A stretch of DNA of 58,657 nucleotides from a virus (Duplodnaviria; Caudoviricetes). Under the pieces are notes generated by a model. The model did no database searches, was not told where the DNA came from, and was given only the letters and a program-made list of their open reading frames with translations. Each line of letters opens with the position of its first letter. The stretch's first letter is position 1. Of the stretch, positions 37,915-46,045 are shown piece after piece. The stretch covers positions 1 to 58,657 of IMG/VR virus record IMGVR_UViG_3300030102_005689. One strand, 5' to 3'. The position numbers and the translations under genes are program-made.

Positions 37915-38387
37915 TACTTTATGTGCTTGTCTAGTATTAGTAGCTTGTTCACTTTTGTGATTCCACAAGGTTTCCAACCTGCTTTTTTAAAGCAGTAACC
38001 AGGATTGTCTGACTTTACTTTTAAGGGAGCCACATAGGTGTATAATCTTGTAGCTCCCCACCGATCAAGGGCAACTTGCTCGGCCTCAAGGATTAGATCA
38101 GAACTTCTTGTGGGTGTTTCATTTCTGAAGATTGAACAGTTTATCCCCTGCTGGTTATCTCCTGAATTAAACTTCCTCCATACAAAAAGTCCTCCTTCCA
38201 TGACAAGAACAGTCTTAAACCCAGGGCCACAGAATAGCTTGGGTTTTCTACCATCCTTGTATGGTCTATATGAATAATGCCTATGGAACAATGAACGGGC
38301 ATAGTCATTGCCATCCTTTGTAAAGAACCAATGTTCAGTTGCTTTCTCCATCCCCTCTGTTGGATTCAATATTTGTTCTGGTGTCAT
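37914..38387 (-). CDS. GNAT-fold, Mom-like DNA modification protein (putative)
   Basis: RHYS...CSIFRNE...SSDLI...RLYTYV...NPGYCFKKAGW..CG.TK resembles Mom/XF1762-type proteins. Confidence 0.5.
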   Translation of the reverse strand: MTPEQILNPTEGMEKATEHWFFTKDGNDYARSLFHRHYSYRPYKDGRKPKLFCGPGFKTVLVMEGGLFVWRKFNSGDNQQGINCSIFRNETPTRSSDLILEAEQVALDRWGATRLYTYVAPLKVKSDNPGYCFKKAGWKPCGITKVNKLLILDKHIK

Positions 38388-38572
38388 TTTCCTCTTGGGT
38401 TGTCCCATGGCTTATAGCGCGTTAACTGCCAGCCATGGAAGTGTTTAGCCATATACTCAGCTTCCTCTCTACTTGAGTAAGTGTGTTGGAACTCAAGTTT
38501 CTTTAGGTGCTGTATCTTCCAATTATCACCATACCTGTATAAGTAGGCACGGGGTCTCTTTACACGAATCAT
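38384..38572 (-). CDS. Hypothetical protein
   Basis: Start moved to ATG 38572; ATGA-coupled to the next gene. Confidence 0.6.
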   Translation of the reverse strand: MIRVKRPRAYLYRYGDNWKIQHLKKLEFQHTYSSREEAEYMAKHFHGWQLTRYKPWDNPRGK

Positions 38573-38582
38573 GGCACAGGAA

Positions 38583-40142
38583 TCAGAGCAATCTGGATGT
38601 GAGGATTCTGAAGGCACGTTCTGCGGTAGCAGGGACAACACCGTTGCCCAACATCCTCAGTCGATCCACTCTGTTGGCAGTTGTGTCCACTGCGGGGGGA
38701 CACCCATTAGGTGTTCCACCCAATTCGGGTTGAGCTTCGCGTTCGTAACTGACTGTTGGTCGTTGAGGTTCTTTGTCCTCTTCTCGTCTTCCCACCTCTT
38801 CGGGTCGCCACTTCTGTGGTCTCTCGTCTGTGGTGTTGCCCAGTTCGCTTCGTGTGTCTCCACCGCATCCCGCAGCTTCGCCCCGAACCACTGGTCGCTC
38901 TTCTCCCTCCGGCTCCTGAACCCCTTGTCTGTCTCCTGAGTCTTGATCCTCCCGCCCTCGACATCTGACACTCTCGCTGTCGGCCATTGCTTGCTCTCCT
39001 CCTTGTATATCTCCACTGCCTTTGGGTCTACTTGTTCCCGCAGATTCGCCGGCTTCTTCCGCCCCTTTCGGGCTGTCTGTGCTTGTCGTCTCAGTGCTTC
39101 CTCTGACCTTTGGGGCAGACTGTCCATTGTGTTTGGGGTTGCCCACGACTCCTTGCGGACTTGGGATTGTAGCCCCTTCTGTTGGCTGTTGGGTCCCTGT
39201 GGCTTTTCTGCTTGGCTGGCTGTTGGAGTTACCCACGACTCTTGGTTCTTCCCACTCGAACTGGACTTCGCCTGGTCTTGCTGGCCAAGGTAAGCCAAAC
39301 GCTGTGGTAATGTCTGCCTGCTCACAGTTGTCCTCGACGGAGGCAGGGTGCCCCCGTCCTTCCAATCCCGTGTCGTTGGTGTTGGCCATGTCCCCGCTAC
39401 TACATCCGGTAGCAGTCGTCGTTCCTTCTTGGCTTGGCTCTCCGCTGAGTAAGCTCCCTTCCAATCCCTTGAGGTCGGGGTTGGCCACTTCATAACCTGT
39501 TCCTCCAGATACAGGGGCACACTCGTCTTGCCCTGCTTCTTCCTGAAGGCCAAGCATTTCTTCAACGTAGCTTCTGAGCGCGGACGACTCATCGCTGTTG
39601 GAGTGCCCCATAATAAAGACTCGCTTTCGTTGATGGGGCGCGCCGACTTCGCTCGCGCTAAATAATCCTGCCGTTGCGCTGTAACCCACTTCTTCCAAGC
39701 TTCGGAGGACATATTGGAGAACACTTTCTCCGTCTCCGGTTTTGCTGGAGATGATGCCTTCGACGTTTTCCAAGAAAACAAATCTTGGCCTACACTCTTT
39801 GATCCCTTCAAGGATGAATGGGAAGAGGTGTCTTGGGTCTTCTGTTGACTTGTGCGCTCCAGCGTTGCTGAAGGGTTGGCATGGGAAGCCTCCAGTGAGG
39901 ATATCCACTTGTCCACGAAACTTTCGGAAAGGGAATTCTTTAAGGTTCGTGAACACAGGGCACGGATCCAAGAGGCCCGCTTCCATCTTCGCAACCAAGT
40001 TTGCGGCTGCGAAGGCTTCGATCTCCACATGAGCGATTTCTCGCACATTTGGGAGAACTCTTCTGAGTCCAATTCCGATCCCTTCGTATCCACTACAAAG
40101 GGAGAGGTGTCTGATATGTTTTTCGGTATTATCCACATACAT
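38583..40142 (-). CDS. DNA cytosine-C5 methyltransferase, alpha-type chain (motifs I-VIII and X)
   Basis: LCSGYEG, GGFPCQPFS, FLENV, PHQRKRVF, RLRMLGNGVVP. Confidence 0.95.
   Translation of the reverse strand: MYVDNTEKHIRHLSLCSGYEGIGIGLRRVLPNVREIAHVEIEAFAAANLVAKMEAGLLDPCPVFTNLKEFPFRKFRGQVDILTGGFPCQPFSNAGAHKSTEDPRHLFPFILEGIKECRPRFVFLENVEGIISSKTGDGESVLQYVLRSLEEVGYSATAGLFSASEVGAPHQRKRVFIMGHSNSDESSALRSYVEEMLGLQEEAGQDECAPVSGGTGYEVANPDLKGLEGSLLSGEPSQEGTTTATGCSSGDMANTNDTGLEGRGHPASVEDNCEQADITTAFGLPWPARPGEVQFEWEEPRVVGNSNSQPSRKATGTQQPTEGATIPSPQGVVGNPKHNGQSAPKVRGSTETTSTDSPKGAEEAGESAGTSRPKGSGDIQGGEQAMADSESVRCRGREDQDSGDRQGVQEPEGEERPVVRGEAAGCGGDTRSELGNTTDERPQKWRPEEVGRREEDKEPQRPTVSYEREAQPELGGTPNGCPPAVDTTANRVDRLRMLGNGVVPATAERAFRILTSRLL
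38657..40138 (-). CDS. Overlapping +1-frame protein, putative MTase beta chain (repeat TRD-like modules plus motif IX)
   Basis: ~493 codons stop-free inside the MTase gene; seven WxT(P/A) units; LNPNWVEHLMGVP; ATG 4 nt after the alpha ATG. Confidence 0.8.
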   Translation of the reverse strand: MWIIPKNISDTSPFVVDTKGSELDSEEFSQMCEKSLMWRSKPSQPQTWLRRWKRASWIRALCSRTLKNSLSESFVDKWISSLEASHANPSATLERTSQQKTQDTSSHSSLKGSKSVGQDLFSWKTSKASSPAKPETEKVFSNMSSEAWKKWVTAQRQDYLARAKSARPINESESLLWGTPTAMSRPRSEATLKKCLAFRKKQGKTSVPLYLEEQVMKWPTPTSRDWKGAYSAESQAKKERRLLPDVVAGTWPTPTTRDWKDGGTLPPSRTTVSRQTLPQRLAYLGQQDQAKSSSSGKNQESWVTPTASQAEKPQGPNSQQKGLQSQVRKESWATPNTMDSLPQRSEEALRRQAQTARKGRKKPANLREQVDPKAVEIYKEESKQWPTARVSDVEGGRIKTQETDKGFRSRREKSDQWFGAKLRDAVETHEANWATPQTRDHRSGDPKRWEDEKRTKNLNDQQSVTNAKLNPNWVEHLMGVPPQWTQLPTEWID

Positions 40143-40166
40143 TTACTTTCTTTCTTTTTATGTTTT

Positions 40167-40352
40167 CTATTTTGGTTTCCCCGTATCTTTGTCTTGGACA
40201 CGGATGATTATTTTCTTTTCTGTATTCTCTTCTCCAAGGTTCTCTGTGCCCCGCACAGGGCGCAGATCATGATGTTCAGTATTAACCAAACGAGGCTTAT
40301 TAGGATCCACAGTAAGATAGATTCTGTAGTCTGGCAGAGGTTCACGTTTCAT
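40167..40352 (-). CDS. Hypothetical protein
   Basis: 61 aa, fills the gap between neighbours. Confidence 0.6.
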   Translation of the reverse strand: MKREPLPDYRIYLTVDPNKPRLVNTEHHDLRPVRGTENLGEENTEKKIIIRVQDKDTGKPK

Positions 40353-40656
40353 TGTTGTTTAGTTTAGTAGTCAGGTTGATGATCTCATCAATTGATTCTT
40401 GGACTCCTTCGTCTTGTAGACTGTCCTCTACTTTCTTCACGGATAACCAACCTGAAGTAAAGTGCCGGCCAAAAAGCCAAGCAGCTTCTTCGTAGGTCAT
40501 TCCTGTCTTCCGTGCGATGTAGATACCTAAGTGTGCCCAAGGTGTTATGTTATGTTTTCTTGATGTCAGCACTTCTCTTTCAGAGTAACCAGATACAGAG
40601 GCTACAGCTTCCACCAGTTTACTTGTTCTCGTTGTCTTCTTCTTTATCAGCTTCAT
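40342..40656 (-). CDS. Stand-alone DnaA domain IV-like HTH protein
   Basis: VEAVASVSGYS...SRK..I...HLGIYIARK.GMTY......FGRHFTS....VKKV pattern. Confidence 0.7.
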   Translation of the reverse strand: MKLIKKKTTRTSKLVEAVASVSGYSEREVLTSRKHNITPWAHLGIYIARKTGMTYEEAAWLFGRHFTSGWLSVKKVEDSLQDEGVQESIDEIINLTTKLNNNET

Positions 40657-40867
40657 TATTTTCTTCTTTGTTCTCCTGAAGGAGGACTATTGATCGGGGT
40701 GCAAAGTCCATTAGATCAAGAGGGAACTCTTCTGCAACCCTCTTAACTCCGTAATCATCCGTAGTTATGATATACATCCGTAGTTCCTTTACTTCCCCAT
40801 CTTTAGTCTTGATGGCGTCTACGATGAGCGGTAGCCCATCCGGCTCTATCTCTCTCCGAAGATACAT
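40619..40867 (-). CDS. Hypothetical protein
   Basis: 82 aa following a promoter-like AT-rich gap. Confidence 0.7.
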   Translation of the reverse strand: MYLRREIEPDGLPLIVDAIKTKDGEVKELRMYIITTDDYGVKRVAEEFPLDLMDFAPRSIVLLQENKEENNEADKEEDNENK

Positions 40868-40871
40868 TATA

Positions 40872-40905
40872 TTATATATTATTAGATTTTATATGTAATT
40901 CAAGT
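40872..40905 (-). promoter_or_regulatory. Promoter sharing ACTTGAATTAC with 23495-23505
   Basis: TTGAAT followed by an AT-rich TAATAT/TATAAT region close to ATG 40867. Confidence 0.55.
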
Positions 40906-40920
40906 AGCTTTTAATTAATA

Positions 40921-41340
40921 CTAGTAGTTGAAATCAGTAGCTACTCGACCCAGTTTATCAAGAGTCGTTGATACCCATTCACTTAGAGACATGTTCTTTA
41001 TGTGCTTGAGTGTTATGACAGAAGCCCATCCATCCAGGTAGTCTTTACCATCCATAAGGACACCAACTAAGATGGCGGTGTCATCAGGGTGTAAAACATC
41101 CTGTACGGTTTCTCTAATATCATATGGGGATAACTCAGAGTTACCTTCTTTAATCACCCAAGGAAAGCGTCCACCATTCTGCGGACCACCTGTTATAGCA
41201 TAAAGGGCTTCCTCTTCGGTTTTCTTGACCCACCATTGGATGTTGGCTTGCGCCATCTTCTTAACGAATTGGTCATGGTTTCTTACTCTGAAGTAATTAC
41301 TCCGGTCTACTGCGAATTTTACATATTCAATGTTACTCAT
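40921..41340 (-). CDS. Hypothetical protein
   Basis: 139 aa; RSNYFRV N-terminal motif. Confidence 0.8.
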   Translation of the reverse strand: MSNIEYVKFAVDRSNYFRVRNHDQFVKKMAQANIQWWVKKTEEEALYAITGGPQNGGRFPWVIKEGNSELSPYDIRETVQDVLHPDDTAILVGVLMDGKDYLDGWASVITLKHIKNMSLSEWVSTTLDKLGRVATDFNY

Positions 41341-41352
41341 ATTGTATTCAGT

Positions 41353-41898
41353 TTAAGAGTGGGTTAATGCCTTCCTTCTATCTTCTTCGCACTTCCGTAT
41401 AGCCTTAGTGAACTCTTCTTTGCTGAGTCCGTTCAACATGACGAAGTGATCTTCCCACCACTGGCACTTCTTCACCATGGTGAGATACTCTGGCGAGGGT
41501 TTACCACTGTTCCTTAGCTTGACTTGGTAGACCTCACCACCATCGACATACTCAACCTTGGAAGCGCGAGCAGCCTTTTGATGCTCCTTCCAGTGCAGAT
41601 CATCCTGCACTAGCTGATCGATGATGTAGTCCAAGCACCGCAAGTAGGACTCCAAAGACTCATCATTGCGAGCCTCCTCTTCTGCTTTCTTGAGCCTAGC
41701 TGAAGCACCGGCATCAACCTCCCATTTGTTGTCTACTACTTTGCCATTAGCCCAGTAGTCAGTTTCACCTCCGCGCCCATCATTCTTTGCGCCCCCTGTC
41801 TTCTTGCCGTCAATCCATAGATCAGCGGTGAATGCATTGGTTTCTTCACTCATGTTTGTGGCGTGAACCACGTTCTTTATTTCTACTTTCGTTTTCAT
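41353..41898 (-). CDS. Hypothetical early protein
   Basis: Start MKTKVEIK after the AACCAAAG leader; SEETNAFTA...NDGRGG motif. Confidence 0.8.
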   Translation of the reverse strand: MKTKVEIKNVVHATNMSEETNAFTADLWIDGKKTGGAKNDGRGGETDYWANGKVVDNKWEVDAGASARLKKAEEEARNDESLESYLRCLDYIIDQLVQDDLHWKEHQKAARASKVEYVDGGEVYQVKLRNSGKPSPEYLTMVKKCQWWEDHFVMLNGLSKEEFTKAIRKCEEDRRKALTHS

Positions 41899-41926
41899 TT
41901 TTTGTCTTGGTTTTCTTTGGTTTGGT

Positions 41927-42796
41927 TTAGTGGACACCAATAGCAATATTGATGTCTGAGAATGTATCAAGGCCACAGGCGTGACCCTTCGGGGTGCATG
42001 TTCCACACTGACCAGGGCATACGAACGTCTTGCCGAACCCAGCCAGCTTGGCAGCTTCACGCACTGCTTTCCGATAAAGATTAGTACGATTGCCTATGGG
42101 TGCGTCTACTTCCTTTGGTATGTCAACAGCCACGAAGTTCCCCCGTGTGCATGACAACTTCTCCACCTGCTTCCGCATTTCTTGATCATAGGTCGATCCA
42201 TTGGACAAGTTTAGTTTGTAGTTGACAGGAAACTTGTAGCCTAAACTGTCCCATTGGAGGAACAGTTCCCATGACTTACTGTATCCATAGCACTTGATGT
42301 CCGGCCTCTCTTCAAGTAGATCGAACCAGAACTTCATGGTATCTAGATCATGGAAGTCTCCATCCACATAGAGCCTGAAGGTGATCCCTTCATCAAACTT
42401 CAGGAACTCATCCCGCAGGATCGAGGGTTCATGGCGCAGGAGCCAAAGGTTCTGGCACTGCCTGAAGAAGGCTGCCGGATAACGCCATGCCTTCAAGCTA
42501 TAGCAGTAGTTCTTACAGCCCCCCGCACCAGGGCAGGTGACAATGGGCAGGTTGCTGTATGCCTTGAAGGGTAGCTTCATGTTGCCATCTGCAAAGGTAG
42601 TGAACTGAGGTATCTTATGCACCAACACCCTGTCCATGCGGTGTGCGAAGTAACCCCATGTCCCGCGCTTCTCCGGCTCACGCCAGTGGAAATGCTCATG
42701 AAGATACTCACAAGCATCTGTTATTGTATTGTCCTCCCGCATCATACGGGCGAACTCCATCTGGATGGGGCGTGTAACCCCTGCTTTCTTTTTCAT
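41927..42796 (-). CDS. GP88-like (radical-SAM-related) protein
   Basis: GNMKL...TCPGAGGCKNYCY...FRLYVDGDF...YGYSK and C-terminal CP..C..C......C. Confidence 0.7.
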   Translation of the reverse strand: MKKKAGVTRPIQMEFARMMREDNTITDACEYLHEHFHWREPEKRGTWGYFAHRMDRVLVHKIPQFTTFADGNMKLPFKAYSNLPIVTCPGAGGCKNYCYSLKAWRYPAAFFRQCQNLWLLRHEPSILRDEFLKFDEGITFRLYVDGDFHDLDTMKFWFDLLEERPDIKCYGYSKSWELFLQWDSLGYKFPVNYKLNLSNGSTYDQEMRKQVEKLSCTRGNFVAVDIPKEVDAPIGNRTNLYRKAVREAAKLAGFGKTFVCPGQCGTCTPKGHACGLDTFSDINIAIGVH

Positions 42797-42892
42797 TTGT
42801 TTCCTTTCTAATAGGTTATAAACCTTTTATGTAGCTTAGATATTTCACTGGCATGGCCGACACTAGCTCAATGGCTAGTTCTAGTGCTTCTT

Positions 42893-43183
42893 TCATTTTG
42901 TTTCTTTTCTTTTCTTTTCTTTTCTACGGTCAGATTCATCTTTGTCCCCGAAGTATGCCTGACCAACCGCATACTCTCGGAGTTTTATTCCCCAGTATTC
43001 ATCTAACCTGTTAAGGTTAGGCAAGAATACCTGTTCATCAGAGTTCCAATCTGCTGACTCTACCAAGTAGCCTTGCCACAAGGCTTCCTTCGCTTCCTGT
43101 TCAGTTCGTCCTGTGGCCATGAGTCCATAGCCGTCAAACAAATCAGGTTGCGATGCGACCCATATAGTTTTTTCTGTTTTCAT
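42893..43183 (-). CDS. Hypothetical early protein
   Basis: Start MKTEK after the conserved leader. Confidence 0.7.
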   Translation of the reverse strand: MKTEKTIWVASQPDLFDGYGLMATGRTEQEAKEALWQGYLVESADWNSDEQVFLPNLNRLDEYWGIKLREYAVGQAYFGDKDESDRRKEKKRKETK

Positions 43184-43211
43184 TTTGTTTTCTTGGTTTG
43201 CTTGCACAAGC

Positions 43212-43721
43212 TCATGCTTGCATTTCTTCGATCTCTTCTTCTGTAGTAGCACCCAAGCGGAGCGCATACTTTATGATTTCTTTATGCTCTGTCAGACATA
43301 AGTCTGTTCCGTCTGCCATGAGGGTACCGGCAAAGAACCAACCCTCATCTACATATTCCAGAATGAACTCGTATTCGGGGAAGTCATTTTGTAGCTTCCG
43401 AATGACAGGAATGGGCGGTGCCCAGGCAGTAAAGAACTTACCGTCCGTAGAGAACAGGTCGATGGTCTCATCCTCATTGGCATCATAGCCATAAGAAGGG
43501 TACACATCCCATTTAGTCCCCCAGTTATCCACAGACCAGTCGTACCAGTTTGGGCTATCTGATGGGGACGTTGTCCCTTTTAGTTGCTCCGGCATTGGTA
43601 TCACCTTGTCCAAGCTGAAGCGTTTAAGGAGGCCCCGTAGCTTGGGGTCGTCTATGTGCATGACCTTTGATCCATCCTTCTTGTGGACAACGGTCAGTTG
43701 GTTTGTTGTATGGTTAGGCAT
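43212..43721 (-). CDS. DUF1281 / YubB ferredoxin-like domain protein
   Basis: MPNH..N.L, IPMP, WYDWSVDNWGTKWD, FxTAWAPP, Y.DEG..FAG. Confidence 0.8.
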   Translation of the reverse strand: MPNHTTNQLTVVHKKDGSKVMHIDDPKLRGLLKRFSLDKVIPMPEQLKGTTSPSDSPNWYDWSVDNWGTKWDVYPSYGYDANEDETIDLFSTDGKFFTAWAPPIPVIRKLQNDFPEYEFILEYVDEGWFFAGTLMADGTDLCLTEHKEIIKYALRLGATTEEEIEEMQA

Positions 43722-43744
43722 TTGTTTTCTTTGGTTTGGTGTGT

Positions 43745-43787
43745 AAAAAGAAAGCCACACCCCCAAGAGTAGAGGGTGTGGCTTTTC
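43745..43787 (-). terminator. Intrinsic terminator
   Basis: AAAGCCACACCC...GGGTGTGGCTTT with U-rich flanks. Confidence 0.75.
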
Positions 43788-43802
43788 TCTAATTCGTTAT
43801 AG

Positions 43803-44933
43803 TTATACTTCGAGTAGTTCGCGCTTGTTGTTTAAAAGAAGTTCACCCTTATGGGCTTCCTCATCTAGGGCATTATCATCTAATACCTTCGTCAACCACT
43901 GAGCAATACTCGCTTTCTTATCTGCGCCGGTTCCAAACTCCGCGCTGGCAAACTTAGACCAGCTACGCTTGTTGGTTCCGTCATCCCGTCCAGTGCCATC
44001 GCCAGCAGTGTAGTACTGAGTGGCTGCATTGAACAAGTCATATAAGGTCTCGCCCTTGTTGCCAAGTCCTGCGGTATGCAGTTCTGCAATATTCATAATG
44101 CTGTTAAATGCCCTAGTGGATAGGTCACAGTTGATCTCAACATTATTCCAAGCAGCAATCAACTGTTCAGCCTTCACCGCATCACACTCAACTGAAGCAA
44201 ACCGTTGCATCAATTGCACAAAGACATCCCTGCCAGCATAGATACTAGCAAGGGTCTCAGCTGCATTATCTAATGCAAGCCCTGCATTCTTTGTCTTGCG
44301 GATCTTGATGTTGATATCACCTTGATCCGAAAGGGAAGCACGGAACGTGTTAGCACATACAATACGCATGTTGCTGTCATACATCATGATAGAATAAGAA
44401 CCATCATGGCTTTGGACTACGTTCAGGTAGAACTTGAACATGTCCCCATTGATAAGGCGTTCCTCTTCGCCATCGACAATGATGGTCGCAAAGAACAGCT
44501 TGCCATTCTTTAACGTCCCCACTGTTTGGATAGTATACTTCAGTCCCTCTTTGTCGAGGTGACCACAGACAGCCTCCATTAACTGCCCGTTCTCAATACT
44601 ACAATACCTGTTGGTGGGTACTGATAAGGCATGCACCTGCCCATCGAACTCACGGGTTAGTATCTTGTTGTTGGGAGCAGCCGCAAAGGTGGACAGCAAC
44701 TCATCTACCTGTTGTGCAGACAGGTAACCCTGTGTTTGGCATTCAGTTAATAACTCCTGCCTCCTTTCTGGTTGGATGTCTGCGAATGCACCACCCTCCT
44801 TGATAAGGAAGTAGGCATCTTTGTGGAACTTATCAATCCGCTTCGGACTAATAAACTCCACTATTCTTTCTAGACCATGCCAGCATTGTTCTAAGGCAAG
44901 GACGATGTCTGTTTCTTTTATTTCAGAACCCAT
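43803..44933 (-). CDS. DUF932-family protein
   Basis: WHGL, GTLKNG, SHDGS, RIVCANT, LYDLFNAATQY. Confidence 0.85.
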   Translation of the reverse strand: MGSEIKETDIVLALEQCWHGLERIVEFISPKRIDKFHKDAYFLIKEGGAFADIQPERRQELLTECQTQGYLSAQQVDELLSTFAAAPNNKILTREFDGQVHALSVPTNRYCSIENGQLMEAVCGHLDKEGLKYTIQTVGTLKNGKLFFATIIVDGEEERLINGDMFKFYLNVVQSHDGSYSIMMYDSNMRIVCANTFRASLSDQGDINIKIRKTKNAGLALDNAAETLASIYAGRDVFVQLMQRFASVECDAVKAEQLIAAWNNVEINCDLSTRAFNSIMNIAELHTAGLGNKGETLYDLFNAATQYYTAGDGTGRDDGTNKRSWSKFASAEFGTGADKKASIAQWLTKVLDDNALDEEAHKGELLLNNKRELLEV

Positions 44934-44986
44934 TATTTTACTTTCTATTTACTTTGTTTTTTGGTTAAAGCCTGAGAAGTTGTATC

Positions 44987-45328
44987 TCAAACTAGATCAT
45001 TTTGTTTATACTTTTTCTGCACGGGCTTTGGTAACCCATTGATCCATGGTTCTCCCACATAATCAATTAAGTCAACTTCCATTCGCCCACCCTTTTTATT
45101 TTCCAAGCATAGGATATAGCCAGCAGGCCAAACAGGAGCAGCCCGACTGCCCCGATGCCACCAGTTATCCGCCCACTTGTAGGTGATAGTAACTGGCTGA
45201 TCACCGGCAAAGGATTCAGGAAACAGGTCGCAGATTGCATTGGCTGTCTCCAGTTTATTCAGCAGTGTCACATTCTCATATGCCAGGTCACGCTGTTTAT
45301 TGATTGCGTCTTGTACTTCTTTACTCAT
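44987..45328 (-). CDS. Hypothetical early protein
   Basis: 113 aa, conserved leader. Confidence 0.75.
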   Translation of the reverse strand: MSKEVQDAINKQRDLAYENVTLLNKLETANAICDLFPESFAGDQPVTITYKWADNWWHRGSRAAPVWPAGYILCLENKKGGRMEVDLIDYVGEPWINGLPKPVQKKYKQNDLV

Positions 45329-45497
45329 TTGTTTTCTTTGGTTTAGTTAACATCTCATTTAAGACATCAATTGTTAGTTTAAGTTCCGCTTCCTCTACCC
45401 CATCCCGCTCTTCCAAATCACGCATTCGGATTAGGTCAAGCCGGTTGGATGCCAATTCAACGGCACACTCCAGTGCTACTTGCTTGCTACTCTTCAT
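45321..45497 (-). CDS. Hypothetical protein, 58 aa (not in ORF track)
   Basis: MKSSKQVALECAVELASNRL...; overlaps neighbours. Confidence 0.55.
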   Translation of the reverse strand: MKSSKQVALECAVELASNRLDLIRMRDLEERDGVEEAELKLTIDVLNEMLTKPKKTNE

Positions 45498-45615
45498 CTA
45501 GATTCCTTTCTCTTTCTTTTTCTAGTTCCTCTTGCAGTTCCTTCATAGTGAAAGGTGCATAGGCGCGGGGACCATCATCTGCAAGCTCATGCAGTTGTCT
45601 TTCTTTATCTGTCAT
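45487..45615 (-). CDS. Hypothetical protein, 42 aa, starting MTDKER (not in ORF track)
   Basis: Open frame filling the gap. Confidence 0.5.
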   Translation of the reverse strand: MTDKERQLHELADDGPRAYAPFTMKELQEELEKERERNLDEE

Positions 45616-45619
45616 CAGG

Positions 45620-45775
45620 TTACAGGATGATGCGCGAGCGCAGTTCTTTGATCTTGTTGGCAAGTTGCTGACGGGTTGGCTCAGTCAGGTCATGGCTGCT
45701 GTCTTCCCACCGCTGCTCGTAGTTGGCGAGCAGGGCTTTCAGTTGAGCTTGACTCATCTCGTCGTTTTTACTCAT
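45620..45775 (-). CDS. Hypothetical protein, 51 aa (not in ORF track)
   Basis: MSKNDEMSQAQLKALL...KELRSRIIL. Confidence 0.55.
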   Translation of the reverse strand: MSKNDEMSQAQLKALLANYEQRWEDSSHDLTEPTRQQLANKIKELRSRIIL

Positions 45776-45782
45776 GGTTTTA

Positions 45783-45816
45783 TTCAGGGTTCAGGGTTCA
45801 GGGTTCAGGGTTCAGG
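45783..45816 (+). repeat. (TTCAGGG)4 TTCAGG heptamer tandem repeat
   Basis: Read directly from sequence. Confidence 0.95.
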
Positions 45817-46042
45817 CAAAAAAGCATACGTATCCTAGACCTTCAATGTCAGCCTTTGTGAGACCAGTGACCTCAAAAAAGTGATCGAGTTGTTCGACAT
45901 CGTCTTCGATATACGTCAGATCGATGATGATGTCACCGCCGTTTGTGTTTGTGTACCCACTGTCGGAATAATCATCCATCAATATAGAGACTATGTCTCC
46001 GCTGGTTTTAATTACGAGTGTTGTTACTTTCATTTGGTTCAT
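45812..46042 (-). CDS. Hypothetical protein
   Basis: 76 aa, acidic. Confidence 0.65.
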   Translation of the reverse strand: MNQMKVTTLVIKTSGDIVSILMDDYSDSGYTNTNGGDIIIDLTYIEDDVEQLDHFFEVTGLTKADIEGLGYVCFFA

Positions 46043-46045
46043 GGT

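Noticed and set aside
38473-40367. Plus-strand ORFs antisense to the methyltransferase
   Set aside because: No motifs or start context; plausibly by-products of dual-frame constraint on the minus strand
45783-45816. Eukaryotic telomere contamination
   Set aside because: Only five units, embedded between phage-like ORFs
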